Positions 13,715 through 25,266 of a DNA stretch of 64,000 nucleotides are shown here, in pieces (the stretch's first letter is position 1; each line of letters begins with the position of its first letter). The position numbers and the translations under genes were made by a program. The stretch is from Vicugna vicugna (lineage: Eukaryota). The notes beneath the pieces were generated by a model. The model had not been told where the DNA came from, did not search any database, and was given only the letters and a program-made list of their open reading frames with translations. The stretch lies in contig MU058423.1 in assembly GCA_013265495.1 (NCBI GenBank), forward strand, positions 2,557,061-2,621,060. The letters are read 5' to 3'.

Positions 13715-14937
13715 AAATAAATCAATAAAGTGAAAATGCAACCCACAGAATGGGAGAAAACATTTCCAAGCCATATACCTGGTAAGAGGGTAACATCCAA
13801 AATAAACTGGGAACTCATACAACTCAATAGCAAAAAAGAAGGAAAGGAAGGAAGGAAGGAAAGAAGGAAGGAAGGAAGAAGGGAAGGAAGGAAGGAAGGA
13901 AGGAAGGTAGGAAGGAAGGAAGGAAGGAAGGAAGACTTGATCAGGAAATGGGCAAAGGACCTGAACAAACGTTTTTCCAAAGACAATATACAAATGACTA
14001 ACAGGTACAGGAAAGGTGTTTACATCACTAATCATCGAGAAATGCAAATTAACACCACACTGAAATTTCACCTCACACCTGTTAAAATGGCTATTATCAA
14101 AAAGACAAGTTATAACAAAAGCCGGTGAGAATGTGGAGAAAAAGGGACCCTTGTACACTGTTGGTGGGAATGTAAATTGGTGCAGCTGCCATGGAAAACA
14201 ATAGGGAGGTTCCTCAAAAAGGTAAACATAGAACTACCACGTGATCCATCTTATTACACTTCCGAGTATTTATCTGAAGGAAATAAAATCACTGTCTCAA
14301 AGAGATACTTACACTCCCATGTTTATTGCAGCATTATTCACAATAATCAAGACATGGAAACAACCTAAATGTCTATCAACAGATAAATAAAGAAGCTGTG
14401 TCATGTTTATATATATAGACACACATATAATATTATCCAGCCATAAAAAGGAAGGAGATCCTGCCATTTGTGACAACATGGATGGACCTTGACCATTATG
14501 CTAAATGAAGTAAGTCAGAGAAAGACAAGTACTGTATGATCTCACCTATACATAGAGTCTAAAAATGCCAACTCATAGAAACAAAGAATAGATTGGTGGT
14601 TGCCAGGGGCTGGGAGGTAGAGGAAATGAACAGATGCTGGTCCAAGGGTACAAACTTACAGCTGTAAGGGAAATAAGTTCTGGGGATTTAATGTACAGCA
14701 TGGTGACTGTAGTAAACAATACTGCATTGTACACTTGAAAGTTGCTAACAGTAGATCTTAGATGTGCTTACCACACACTGCACAGAAATGGTAACTATGT
14801 GAGGTGATAGTTGTGTTAACTAACCTTATGGTAATCATTTCACAATATATACACATATCAAGTCATCACATTGTATACCTTAAACTTACCCAGTGGTATA
14901 TGTCAATTATATCTACTTCAATAAAGCTGGGGGAAAA
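13715..14937 (+). mobile_element. 5'-truncated LINE-1 (L1MA-like 3' end)
   Basis: QPTEWEKTF...KWAKDLNKRFSK...REMQINTT; typical 3'UTR ending CAATAAAGCTGGGGGAAAA. Confidence 0.9.
13837..13935 (+). repeat. (GGAA)n microsatellite inside the L1
   Basis: ~100 bp imperfect GGAA array. Confidence 0.95.
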
Positions 14938-16353
14938 TCCCAAGTAGGCCACCTGAGCACATCTGTTCTTTTCACAGAATCAGCACAGTAACTCTAAATA
15001 CATCCTTTTATTTGCTTTTCATGTAACCTAAGTGAAGGAAACCTGGCAAATGGAAGAGCATTTTGTCAATCAAGGTCTGCATCAGGATCATTGGTAGACA
15101 GAGTCTATGAATGCAGACCTGTCCAGTCTTCCCTAGATCTGCTGAATTCAAATCTGGGGAGGGTGGTGGTACAGGGCATCTGTAGGTATTTATTTCAGAC
15201 CCACAGGTGCTGATGATGCGCGGTGAGGGTTGAGAGCCCCAGACTGGTGAGAACCCCAGGCTGGGCAGGACACTGCTCAAAGCCCTCCAGGCTCCACAAC
15301 CAGAGAGTGAGTGGTCCTGGGGGTGAGGTGGGAGGGGAAATGGTGAAAAGTGTGGGGAGGGGAGGAAGGAGGAGGGGGCAAAGTGGAGAGCAGAGGAGTC
15401 CCTCCAATACTGAGGCTGAGACCCAGCCACACTGCTCTCTCCTGGTCTTGTCCTTGATTTCTTTCCAAGGCTCTTCTCAAACAGGTGACCCTTCACAGGC
15501 TGCCCAGAAGGAAGGGCAGGTGCAGACACCATCACACCCATTTCTCACACCCTAACTGAATGCAGATCATGCTTGGACAGTCCAGGAGGACTTCTGACTG
15601 CATGAAAGTCCACCAGCCTTCAACCCTGGAGATCTAATTCCCTACAACACCCTCATCGTCATGAAAATCTATAGTTTGAAAACTTGTAAGCCAGACCCTT
15701 TATTGAAATGTAGGAAAGTTGTATTCTGTGAAAATGGGAAATCAAGGGCAGGTGAAGCTAAGTGCCCCAGAGGTCGTCTGTCTGAGTTTACACATATCCT
15801 TAGGTAGCCAAGGGAGGGAAAGCTCCAAGTAAGCAGCTCACAAGAAGGAAAAGAAACTGGTCAAACATGCTGTGAAAACAGGCAGGGGAAGATTGGGAAT
15901 CCAGAGGCTTGCAGGCAGTTTCTTAATGTGGCCGGGGTCTGAATCCTGACTTGGCCCTTTCTACCAGCTGGGGAATCAGGGGCGAGTTACTTAATCTGTC
16001 TACTTGAATTTCTACCTCCGATTCCAGTACCATTTACCAACCTCCCAGGCTTTGTTCACTCACCAAATTTTTATCAAGTATCTAATATGTGGCAGGGACT
16101 CTTGTGAAATTCAGCAGTGAACAAATCAAAGTTCAGATTTCACAAAACTCATTGAATGGGGGTTTCTTTAGGGATTGAATCTGCTAACGTGTGAAGAGCA
16201 CTTTGAACAGTAACCATGTGTCATCCTCAGTCCACGCCCGCTTGCTGCTTCTGGGGCCTCCAGCAGCTCCCAACACTGGGGCCTGAGTTCTCATCTAAGG
16301 CCCCTTGGAGCTCTGTTATCCTCTGAGATTTGATCCCATCTTTGCTGCCAGCC

Positions 16354-16860
16354 TGTTGCAGAAAAATGTGTTACAGCTCAGTGTTACGCCTCAACAGACC
16401 CAGTGAGAGGCCAAGCAGCACTCAGAGAATTGGAGAACTGAGGTTTATTATGCCAGCGGACCCCCAAAAGTTAAAACTCCAAACTCTGGACCCCATCTGT
16501 AGGTTTACACAGGCTTTTATAGGCTGCCAGTTTACACTTTGCAATATTATATGCAAATAAGGTATAACAAAAGTTGACTAATTAGGAACAAGCTTTATAG
16601 AAATGGACCAATCAGGAGGGAGAAAAATAACCAATCAGGAGTGAGCTCCATGCAAATGAAGTACTACAAAAAGGCCAATCAGGAGTTAGCTCAGGGAACC
16701 AATAGAATTTTAGGGATAAGTTCCACTTTCCTAGAAGTAAGCCTGTTTCAGAGGCAAAGAGAGAAAGCGGCTGGGCCAGGGAACCGGATGGCGCTGGCAG
16801 GAGAGTAGTGGCTGTTCCTGGGCGTCCTGCTGGTCTTTTTTTATGGGGCTTCCCACCTCA
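16354..16860 (-). mobile_element. Solo ERV LTR
   Basis: On minus: starts TG (16860), CCAAT/octamer cluster, TATAAAA (16515-21), AATAAA (16444-49), ends CA; flanks AGCC/GGCC. Confidence 0.8.
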
Positions 16861-17189
16861 GGCCTTTTACCTAACTACTCAGAACAATACTGCCTCTGCC
16901 TGACCCCGCCCGGACCAAGGGCTCAGCTCCTCAAACCAACAGAATTTGGAAATGATCTTTTTCCTACTTTTTTCCTAAGAGGGCAGGTGCCTAGCATCAC
17001 GTGGCTGCCCCTCTCTGCTGCACCCTGGAATACCCCTTCCCCCTGGCCTCTGCTCCTGAACTTCTTGGGGAACAATAACTTCTTGGCAGCCAATGTAAGT
17101 ATGACAAAGGTGCTTTGGAAAGAGATGTGTTCCTTTTTAAAGAAGGGGCCTGTTTGCATTTACTAATGACCCCAGCCAATATTTTTTGA

Positions 17190-17395
17190 GTGCCAATCAC
17201 ATGTCTACTACATAGACTTTCTCGTCGGATTCTCAGAACATCTCTTTAAATTACATATTTCATCCCCCATTTTATGGATGAGAAAATTGAGGCTCAGAGA
17301 AATTAAGTAACTTGCCCAAGGACACACAGCTAGCAAGTCACTGCAGTGTATTTAGCTCAGTCTAGTCAACCCCAAGGCCCAGCTGTTATCTACCC
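17190..17395 (-). mobile_element. MIR SINE
   Basis: MIR core CCCATTTTATGGATGAGAAAATTGAGGCTCAGAGAAATTAAGTAACTTGCCCAAGG. Confidence 0.8.
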
Positions 17396-17858
17396 AGGAC
17401 ACCATACTGCCTGAAAAGGCTGCAGAGTAAAACCACGAAGCTGGAAGTTCCAGCAACAATCCAAGACTGTTTCCAAACACCGTGGGAGCTGATACGAGAC
17501 AAACTTGGGAGTCAGCAAGGGGTCCTCACACACCAAGCACAGTGGGTGTTTCTTAGAATGCTTTGTATCTTTTGTATTTCTTATTGGCAAGAAATGGCAG
17601 CTTCACAAGGCCAGAATATTTCATTGGAAGTAGATCTTCTAAACACTTGAAGTGGTGTAAACGAGGCAACTAATACCCAAGAGAGAGACCATAAGCCAGA
17701 AGGAATGTACTGGGAAGTCTCAGAACAGTGCACTGGGGCACAAAAACATCATTGGGCTGCAGAAGATCTGATGTATCAAAACTCTGGGCTTTTGCACACC
17801 ATGATAAGATTAGTGAACCTCTAAGTACAAAGAATGTACAGAGGAAGGGTGGGGAAGC

Positions 17859-20328
17859 TGTAAACAAGAACAGATTGCATCACCCAGTTCTGCAAGAATT
17901 AACTTGTTGCAGTGGCGGACTGATGGTGCGCTCTGTGCTTCAGACAGGAAATTAAGGCCAGAATAGGATGAAGCCCTGGGTGCTCCAGACAGAGAAAATG
18001 AATATAATAACAAGATGCTCTGTGCTTTGGACAAGCAGGCCCTCAGATAGTTGTATCTCAGTAAATATTTCAATGAACCCAGATGCCTACATCTTTCTAT
18101 ACATGGAAAAGCACTAAAATCCTTAACTTGAAATATCTGTTCTTTGTGACTAGTAGTAATCTTTGCCATGATGGATGCTTGACTGCACATATTCCCTAGC
18201 TAAGAATCATGTAAAAACTGGCTTCTCTCTCTTCCTCTTTGGAGAAATTTATTCAGAGCTACTGAAAGACTATCTCCCAGGTATAGTCCTCAGTAAGACC
18301 CTGTGTAAAACTTAAACTCACAGCTCTTATGTTGAGCATTCTGCTTTCAGATTTGTGGAAGAAACCCTGAGAAAAGACTTTTGCGTGTGGTCAGAACTGG
18401 CTAAGGTTAGAATAAATTTAATTGAGTGAATGAATTTTAACATTAAAAGAAAGGTAGAGTAAAACTAGAAATTGGTTTTCTCTCTGTTAAGAAGACAAAA
18501 TTTTCTTGGAACATCCATCTGTTTTTGATAATAGACTGTAAAGTTTCTTCCTCTTTTGAGTAATCTGTTGTAACTTTCTGTATTTGCTTTTGAAAACTTT
18601 ATTATCATTTTGGTTAAGTGAATAAGTGTTTCACAGGGACCTAGGATCCTATTTCGCCAAGTGTTTTAAAATCTTTTGATATCTCTGACAAATATTCCCA
18701 AATCAAATTCTAAATGAAGTCCTTTTGACCTCTAGCTAACTTTGGGACATCTCTGAAACATCTCAAAGACAAATATTAAGCTAATTAGGTTTATTTGTTA
18801 CGTTAAATTACATGGGAAGCATTGTCAAATGATGATAAACCTTTTTAGGTTACATTGTATGGGTGAATGTTCTTCATATAAATGTGCTAGAAATATATGA
18901 AATTCTGATACGTCTTGGCATAATGTTATCAGTCATAATTCTAGATATTAGCTCAAAATGTCATATGTCCCAGGAATCAGCACATTTCTTCGTCGATTGC
19001 ATGGTAATCAGATCTTCTATCGTGCCATGTTAAGTCTTTTGTCATTTATAGATAGTTATTGTTTTACTTTGATGCTTTTGCAAAAATGCTTTATCTTGAA
19101 GAAGATTCACAGAAAGGACTTTTGAACAAGTACGTGTTTCTGAGAACTTTCAGATCATACCACTGAACTGGGTAAGAAATTACAGAACTCCAATGGAGAA
19201 ACTAATCGCTTCCTAAAACTGTTGAAAGAAGATCACGACCAACAAGAATGACACAGGGCCAAATGTTTCCATATGTTGGAAACAATTAAATCATACTAAG
19301 GATAATAACACTAGGAAATTGTGCTGAGTGCCTTATGAACAACACCAACATATCATTACCCTTCAAAGCAGCGGTTGGTATAGAACAAACTAGGTCAGGT
19401 AATCAGGGATATACTGGGCTGCACCTAATGGAAGTTCTTGACTTAAATTTTTACTTACGACTTTATTAATGCTACCAGCTATATTACTTATATTCTGCCT
19501 ATTTTACAAGATTGTTGTTTCTTGTATTTTCCAATGTGTAAGTGAGCCTCTAACAAAAATGATGATGACTAAGGGATTTGAAATTATTGACCAAATATAT
19601 AGTTCCATATAAGATTAAAATGATTGTAACAGTGCAGCACTAGGTATGGGAAGAAGCAACAGGGGAGGATCACTTCCTGGACCCTAACAGTAAGACAAGT
19701 GGTCAGAGACTTTTATGGCTACCATTGGAAGGGGTACTGCGGTCATAGGCCATTGAGTGGCCCATCAATAGAATCTTCACTTGACCTAGGAAGAGCCTTC
19801 CTAGCACCGTGGGACAAATTCGTCATGAAATCCTCCCCAACCTTGGTCGAATTTATGACCGAAAGGGGAGAAATTGTAAATAAAGAAGGGAGAGCATTGC
19901 TCATCGCCCCGTTCTGCAGGGATTAACCCCCTGCAGTCACTGACCAGCAGCACGCCCTGTGTTTCAGAGGAATTGAATACAACAGGATGCTCTGTGTTTC
20001 AGATAAGCAGCCCCCTTAGTTAGAGGCGTATCTCAGGAAGAATTTTAACGAACCCAGATCCTTGCATCTTCTCATACATAGAAAAGCACTAAAATCATTA
20101 ACTTGAGATATCTGTTCTTTGTGACTAGCAGTAATCTTTTCCCAAGCTGTATGTTTGACTGCATGTATTCCCTCCCCAGAAATCACTTATCAGCAGGCTT
20201 CTCCTCTGCTTCTTCAGAGCAGTTTACTCGGAGCTGCTGAGTGGCTGTCTCCCTATAGTTCTCAGTAAGACCCTGAACAAAAGTTAAACTCACAGCTCTT
20301 ACGTTGCGCATTTTTCTTTCAGTCAACA
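17859..20328 (+). mobile_element. Internally deleted two-LTR ERV element (LTRs ~17859-18350 and 19875-20328)
   Basis: Direct repeats share e.g. GAAAAGCACTAAAATC..TATCTGTTCTTTGTGACTAG; PPT GAAAGGGGAGAAAT before the 3' LTR; TG...CA ends; perfect 5-bp flanks GAAGC. Confidence 0.88.
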
Positions 20329-20964
20329 GAAGCAACAAGTTGATCTGACAGGAGCATAAAGCAGGTTATAGGCTTGGCCCCAGAAGACTGGGACTGGGCC
20401 TTATGCGCATTCAAGAGGTCTGATCTGTGGTGGGAGATGCAGGAATCTCCAAGCAGCGATGGTGGTGACGGTGGTGGTGGTGGTCTGGTTCAGGGATTCT
20501 GCCCTGGGTAGAGCATCAGGGTTTGGGGACGCCCGCAGAGGAGGGGCAGTGAGGGCTGCGGTCTCAGTCGGTAATCCAGGATGCCAGGCCGACTTCAGCC
20601 TGGCTGAGAACTGCCCAAATAAACATGAATCAGATGATGCAGGCTCAGGCAGAAGTGGCTGGAGGATGAGGAGAGGCTGTGCCTTCATGACACAAGGGGA
20701 CAGACACACCTGGGATCCCTGAACCTCCAGCAAGGAGAAAAACCTCAACGCACAGCTGCTGGGTTGGAGCCTTCTCACACGCATCTGGCCTCTCAGCATT
20801 GGCCTGGCCCTGATAGCAGAGGCAAGGCTGTCAGTGCAGTTGTTGGAGGTGGCTGGGCTTGGTCAGGGCCTGACCTCCACTCTGGGCTCACCCTCCTCCC
20901 TGTAGAAGATGCAGCAACCCCTCTACTCTAGTCGGGGTGCAGGCAAGAGAAGAAGGGGTCATTT

Positions 20965-21145
20965 ATAAAACAGATAAAACAACAAGGTCCTACTGTACAG
21001 CATGGGGAACTAAATTCAACATCTTGTAATAATCTATAGTGAAAAAGACCCTGAAAAAGTTATATATGTGTAGCTGAATCACTTTGCTGTACACCCAAAA
21101 CTAACACAACATTGCAGATCAGTTATACTTCAATTTAAAAAAAGA
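20965..21145 (+). mobile_element. Short LINE-1 3'-end fragment
   Basis: Similar to the 3'UTR of the L1 at 1145-1330 (CTGAATCACTTTGCTGTACACC). Confidence 0.8.
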
Positions 21146-21151
21146 GAGCAA

Positions 21152-21265
21152 GGGATAGGGGTATCGTTATCGCTCAGCGGTAGAGGATGTGCTTAGCATG
21201 TGCAAGGTCCTGGGTTCAATGCCCAGTACCTCCATAATAAATAAATAAATAAATAATTTAAAAGT
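21152..21265 (+). mobile_element. tRNA-derived SINE (Vic-1 type)
   Basis: A/B boxes, GCTTAGCATGTGCAAGGTCCTGGGTTCAAT, (TAAA)n tail. Confidence 0.85.
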
Positions 21266-21354
21266 AAAGTTTTTTTTTTTTTTAAAGCATTAAAAAGAGA
21301 GAGAGAGAGAGAGAGGAGAGAGGAGCCTAGAGGGATCAGCTGGCCATGGGTCAG

Positions 21355-21572
21355 TGTCGGGGAGGGGCATTTTCCCCTCATTCCCCTCTTAGATTTTCAG
21401 CTGGCAGTTAAAGTGACACAAGGCAGATTAAAGAAGAAAATCAAAGTTATCCCTGTAAGAATTCCAAAGATAGCAAGGCAAAGGGAGGTAAGTATGTAAA
21501 TTTTTTTTCAACTCAAAATAATCCGCATGCCAAAGGGGCACATGTTAGCACATCCTGCGCTGAACCCCATCA
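21355..21572 (-). mobile_element. Short (internally deleted) ERV1-type solo LTR
   Basis: TG...CA ends with a perfect 4-bp TSD TCAG; CTTTGGCATGCGGATTATTTTGAG resembles the start of MER4-group LTRs. Confidence 0.6.
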
Positions 21573-21729
21573 TCAGCAACATAAGAAGACTGCTGAGCCC
21601 GGACATATCCCACACTTAGTAGACCGCATGGTCACCAGGAGGTTTGAAGTTTAGGTTTGCAAGTTTAAGTGATTGATACTCTGTTTAAGGCCTGAGTCCC
21701 CGCCCCATTCCTGGGAAGAACAGCTCCAA

Positions 21730-21748
21730 CAGCGCCCCCTGGTGGCTA
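21730..21748 (-). promoter_or_regulatory. Consensus CTCF motif
   Basis: TAGCCACCAGGGGGCGCTG. Confidence 0.65.
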
Positions 21749-23563
21749 AATGTGCAGGTCTCAGGCAACAAAGGCAGCGCCTTCCCTCCTGCCTGGGGAA
21801 AGCCCAGGTTCTGCCCCACCAGGCTTCCCTGAGAACCCTCGCCGGCCTCAGCTCTCCCCAGGGACTCCACATCCTGCAAGGGTCACACCTCTGTTCGCAT
21901 GAGAGCGACAGCCCATTAGGCGACACCTCACAGCTAGAGGTCTTTGGAGTTTTTGCCCAGGGACGTAAACCACAGTCCCTAGGGGCCAGCCGGGAGACTG
22001 GGGCGTCCCTGTTGCAACCCTAGGAAGTGGCTTCAGAGAACAATGCCCAGGAGCCAGGAGGCAGTAAGGAAATCAAAGGAAGACCCTAGAGGCCAGAAGA
22101 GGTATATGGGTGGGACATTCACAGGGAGTCCAGGGGATCGATGGGGCTTTGCCTTGGAAGATACGAGACAGAAAATGGGGACAAAGAGCTGGCTCTAATT
22201 TTGACTGGGTCACGGAGACAGGGCAGTCCCAGGAAGCCATGCCAGAGAGCAGGGGTTGCTGACCAGGTCCCAAGGCTGCAACCATATCCTACATGTGGAC
22301 ATTCACTGAGTGCGGCTGGCAAGGCCAGTCTTCCCTTACAATCTGAGGGACCAGCCTCACCCTGCCTAGCCATCATGGGCTCCTTGGCCGCCTCATCACA
22401 TGAACCCAAAGGAAAAAGGCAATGGAGCACAACAGGTGGAGCCCTGCCTCTGGAGCCAGACCACCTGGGTTAGCATCCTGGATCCACTACTTCCTGGCAA
22501 AGTTACTTAACCACTCTGTGCCTGTCTCCTCCGTAAATGGCAATAATGGTAGTACCTACTTGGTAGGGCCAATTTGAAGATTAATGAGCATACATGCCAA
22601 GTTCCTTAAACAGTGTGTGGCATACACAAAGTGCTCTATAAATGTGAACCGTCGTTATCATTATCCTTGATGACTCAATTCAGGGACCCTGCCAGAGGTA
22701 TATTCTGAGCACAAATGGGGAGCAAAATACGGAACAAGCCTCTCATGTCAGCTGATTCAGCCCCTGTCTCCAAGAGGCAAGGAGACTCCTCCAGGTCCCA
22801 CCCCAGGGAGATATTGTCCCTGTGGTCCTGAGGTCACTGACCCCACACCAGAGGATGAGGGGGGGAGATGCCCCCAACCCAGCCCCTCCTCCATGCAGGT
22901 TCTCCCCGTCCTTGCAGAGCTCACTCAAAGCCCACCTCCTCCTTGGAGCTGTGCCCAAGTGCCCCAGACCCCAGAGCTTCCTCCCCACCCTGACCACCCC
23001 AGCCCACGTGGGCCTCTGCCTTTTTATCTTAGCAAGGAGCCTGTCTCCTTGACTAGGTAGGACTGGGGTATGGCCAGTACATGGCAGGGACAAACCGGCC
23101 TTCCTCAGAGCTCTGAGATTACAGAAGAATCACTCAGAGGACACGAAATGAACTCCTGCAGAAATCATCTCACAGTTAAGAGGTGTTCCAGGTGAGGAGC
23201 AGGGGCAACCTGAAACCCAGTCAGGATCTGCTGAACGTAAAAGAGTGGCCCCTGTGACGAGAGAAAGCGGGTGGAGCGGGGTCTAGAGCAGCACAGTGAA
23301 AGGGTTAGAATCCTTGTCCGGGAGAAAGGGTATCCGCATCAGCCGGGCAGCTCTCCGCCTAAGGGAGCCCTGGCTTAGCCTAAGCCAAAGCTCACCAGGA
23401 GGATTCATACGTGAGCCAGCCTGCCTACTGAGCTGGTGGGTTTGGGCTTCACAGTGGCCACTGCATGAGACAGTGGCATGGGTGCCTGGAGAGGGTGCCC
23501 CAGCCCAGCCTCAGAGCCAGGAGCTGCCAGCAGAAGCGGGTGCAGTTCTCGCAAGAGTCTCAG

Positions 23564-23583
23564 TACTGCCACCTTCTGGACAA
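23564..23583 (-). promoter_or_regulatory. CTCF-like motif
   Basis: TTGTCCAGAAGGTGGCAGTA. Confidence 0.45.
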
Positions 23584-25145
23584 GTTAGAAACTGCATAGG
23601 GCCACCAGTCGAGGGGCAAGTGGAGGCTGAAATCCAGCCTACAACCTGCTTGATGAGTGTAGGCTGGGCGAGTTCCTTGAAAATGAACCCATTTCATTTT
23701 CAAGGAACTCGCCCTGGCATGGCTGCCTGTGGTTACCTGGAGCGGGGGACACTCTTTCCTCTACCCTGAAATGCAATCCATTCCGTGAGCTATCAGGACT
23801 ACGTCTGCCCAGAGGGCATACCTTTTCCTATCTCATGCAGAGGTGACAAGCAGGTGAGCACCAGCCCTCGGTTTGTGCATGACCCAGGCACCTAAGCAGC
23901 ACCGCAAAACACCTGCTGCTCGGGGACAGGATGTGGCAGAGCGGGAAGAAGGCAGTCATGAACCTGGATTCTCCAGCACCCAAGACCGTGGCAGGAATAT
24001 GTGCACTCCCATGGCAGCACCAAGGCACCCAGGCAGCAATGTGGGAACTGAGCCGTGTTTAGCTACAGGACAGGATGGGATGGAGCATGAAGCTGCTGTC
24101 ACATAGTTCATGTAGGAGGCTGCCAGGAACTCCCAGACCCATCTGGGTGATATCCTCCAAGAACAGGTGCAAGAGCCAGTGGCATCAGTGATAATGCATC
24201 TGCAAACACACCCTCGGGCTGCAGGTGCCAAGGGGCCCCCCAGGGCCAGTCTGCCACCAAAATCCTGCACTGATGAGAGCTGCTGGGTGATCATGGACCA
24301 CAAGCCAGCCCATTCTCTGCTCAACAAGCTGTGCTCCTCAGCATGAGGCCACGTCTCCTCAAGAAGGGGCATCTTTCTCTAAATACACGAAGACCCGTTG
24401 TGAGCTAGCATGGCTCTGCCCGGGGGCCCGTGGGTGCATTGGAGGAGAAGGCCCAGGGTCAACAGAGGCCGTTCAGAACCCTAGCTCCATCTCACTACTC
24501 ACCAAGCCTCTGCTGGGTGACTTTTGAGAAAATCCGCTGCTTGGTGTTTTGGCTCCCTGTTGTAAGCTGGTGGGTAGCTTGCCTGCTGCACGTCTCCTGT
24601 GAGCTGGGTCAGAGGGAGTCAGGTCCTGTGTACTGGTCTTCTCCAGCCATGACAGATCAAGGATCTGGCCTACAAGGCCGACTCCCCGAGCAGCCTTTTG
24701 AAGATTGTCTCCATCTCCATCTTGACCTCTGCTGAGGTGTTCACCCACCAAGACCCTCAGTGAGTACCGCCAAGGGGCCTCTCCTCCCTTCTGCTCCCCT
24801 CCCCCTACCTCTGCCCCAGCACATGCCTCGTGCCCAGCAAATGTCTTCCCTGACTCTAGGATGTGAGCAAAGAGCAGCAGCAGGATGGTCTGCTGGCGAG
24901 AAGGAGGGCTGGGTAGAAAGAGACAGTGAGGAAGCAAGAAGGGCATTAAGGTTTCATAAGTTTCACATGTGCGCTGAGGGTTTTCTGTGTGCTGATCACT
25001 CCGCATAGAGCTTTATACATGGTATTTAATGTCCACCACAAACCAGTGAAGGAGACCTGGGTATCCCCATTTTATAGATAACAGAACTAAAGCTCAGAGT
25101 TCATACAATTTGCCCACAATCACAGCTAATAAAGTGAAAGAGCTG

Positions 25146-25266
25146 AGAAGGGAGGGTAGATGGTGATAGCTCACTGGTAGAGTACATGCTTAGCATGCTT
25201 GAAGTCCTGGGTTCAATTCCCAGCACTTCCATCAAAAAAAAAAATTAAATTAGAAAAAAAAAAAAG
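25146..25266 (+). mobile_element. tRNA-derived SINE (Vic-1 type) inserted into a MIR
   Basis: A/B boxes, A tail, perfect 14-bp TSD AAGTGAAAGAGCTG. Confidence 0.9.

Noticed and set aside
13628..14158. ORFs with FLPS/KEGR repeats
   Set aside because: GGAA microsatellite inside a dead L1.
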